Shown piece after piece: positions 62,223 to 64,000 of a stretch of 64,000 bases of DNA. Origin of the DNA: Pseudothermotoga sp. (GTDB lineage Bacteria; Thermotogota; Thermotogae; Thermotogales; DSM-5069); contig JBEPZZ010000004.1 of assembly GCA_041640575.1 (NCBI GenBank), positions 12,107 to 76,106 of the forward strand, given 5' to 3'. Under the pieces are notes generated by a model that saw only the letters and a list, made by a program, of their open reading frames with translations, ran no database searches and was not told the DNA's origin. Each line of letters opens with the position of its first letter. The stretch's first letter is position 1. Position numbers and translations under genes: made by a program.

Positions 62223-62496
62223 ATTTGTGATTTTTTCGCTGTTGATAAGCTTTAAAGGTGCTATCGGTGTTGTTTTTGGATCCTTAGGAGCTCTAATTAA
62301 CCTATTCGCTCTATGGTCTGACGTTAAAAAGAATGTTTCAAAGAAAAAAGCGATGTCGGTGATAGGCTATCTGATGCGCTATATTTTAAGCGCAATGATA
62401 TTGATTTTTGCAGGCTTGTTGTCCACTCAAAGTATTATTGGGGCCTTTTTTGGCTTAATGAATGTTAAATTTGCTGCTTTTTTGTCTTGGAGGTGA
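62167..62496 (+). CDS. atpI: ATP synthase protein I
   Basis: Four TM segments, GYLMRY; precedes atpB. Confidence 0.75.
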   Translation: MTNTLRKMTIVIILLALIEFVIFSLLISFKGAIGVVFGSLGALINLFALWSDVKKNVSKKKAMSVIGYLMRYILSAMILIFAGLLSTQSIIGAFFGLMNVKFAAFLSWR

Positions 62497-62500
62497 ATAG

Positions 62501-63629
<1,129 letters not shown>

Positions 63630-63640
63630 GGTGAACTTAA

Positions 63641-64000
63641 ATGGGCTTTGTCGAAATTAACCTCACGAGCTTTATTCAGCTTTTAAATTTCGTAATACTT
63701 TTGTTCGTTCTGTACAAATTCCTGTACAAACCTTTTATGAGTACTGTTGATAAAAGACGAGAAAAAATTGAGTTTGAACTTGTACAAGCTGAAAAAGAAA
63801 GGCAAACTGCATTGGAGATGAGAAAAGAAGCCGAGCAAATTCTGGCTGCTGCTAGGAAGCAAAGTGATGAAATCATAGAAAATGCTCGACAAAGAGCTGA
63901 CCAGTTGTTGAACCAGGCTAAGAGCCAGGCTCGTGAGGAAGCCGAAAGAATTATTGGGTCAGCGAGGACTCAAATCGAGAGAGAAAAACAACAGGCATTG
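63641..64000 (+). CDS. atpF: F0 subunit b (runs off the window end)
   Basis: MGFVEINLTSFIQLLNFVILLFVLYKFLYKP..DKRREKI followed by coiled coil; not in the ORF track because there is no stop in the window. Confidence 0.92.
   Translation, partial: MGFVEINLTSFIQLLNFVILLFVLYKFLYKPFMSTVDKRREKIEFELVQAEKERQTALEMRKEAEQILAAARKQSDEIIENARQRADQLLNQAKSQAREEAERIIGSARTQIEREKQQAL

Overview
A 64-kb stretch of core chromosome from a Thermotogae bacterium, most likely Pseudothermotoga-like. This is inferred from an Omp-alpha-type toga protein, a Na+-type atpE, CTACCACC boxes and dense mixed-function operons. In order it contains: a LacI-linked sugar ABC/catabolic cluster; pckA; Mut7-C/sensor kinase/response regulator-ileS-pilT-prfA; a minus-strand recJ-yqgF-tRNA(Arg,CCG)-mreB-flgFGAHIJ run; two transporters; rsmG-lplA-like-rsmI-marR-PEGA-omp-alpha-lptA-serS-rsmE; DMT-kal-kce-guaA-MFS; a FapA-family gene and an HD-GYP gene; proS-ftsY; cell-wall and redox genes; minDE; and a TPR-CBS-uppP-MBL-CMD-polA-cheX-atp run that leaves the window. 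I saw no IS, integrase, prophage or CRISPR. The strongest non-gene signal is a ~450-bp intergenic array of (T)TTCTACCACC boxes upstream of minD, probably oriC. Other observations worth checking: RecJ fused to a degenerate SF2 helicase-like module, a yqgF stop codon inside a tRNA, a uppP that needs a non-canonical start, and two apparent point lesions (a Mut7-C nonsense codon and an MFS 5' frameshift). All calls come from reading the sequence and ORF track by eye; no searches were run.
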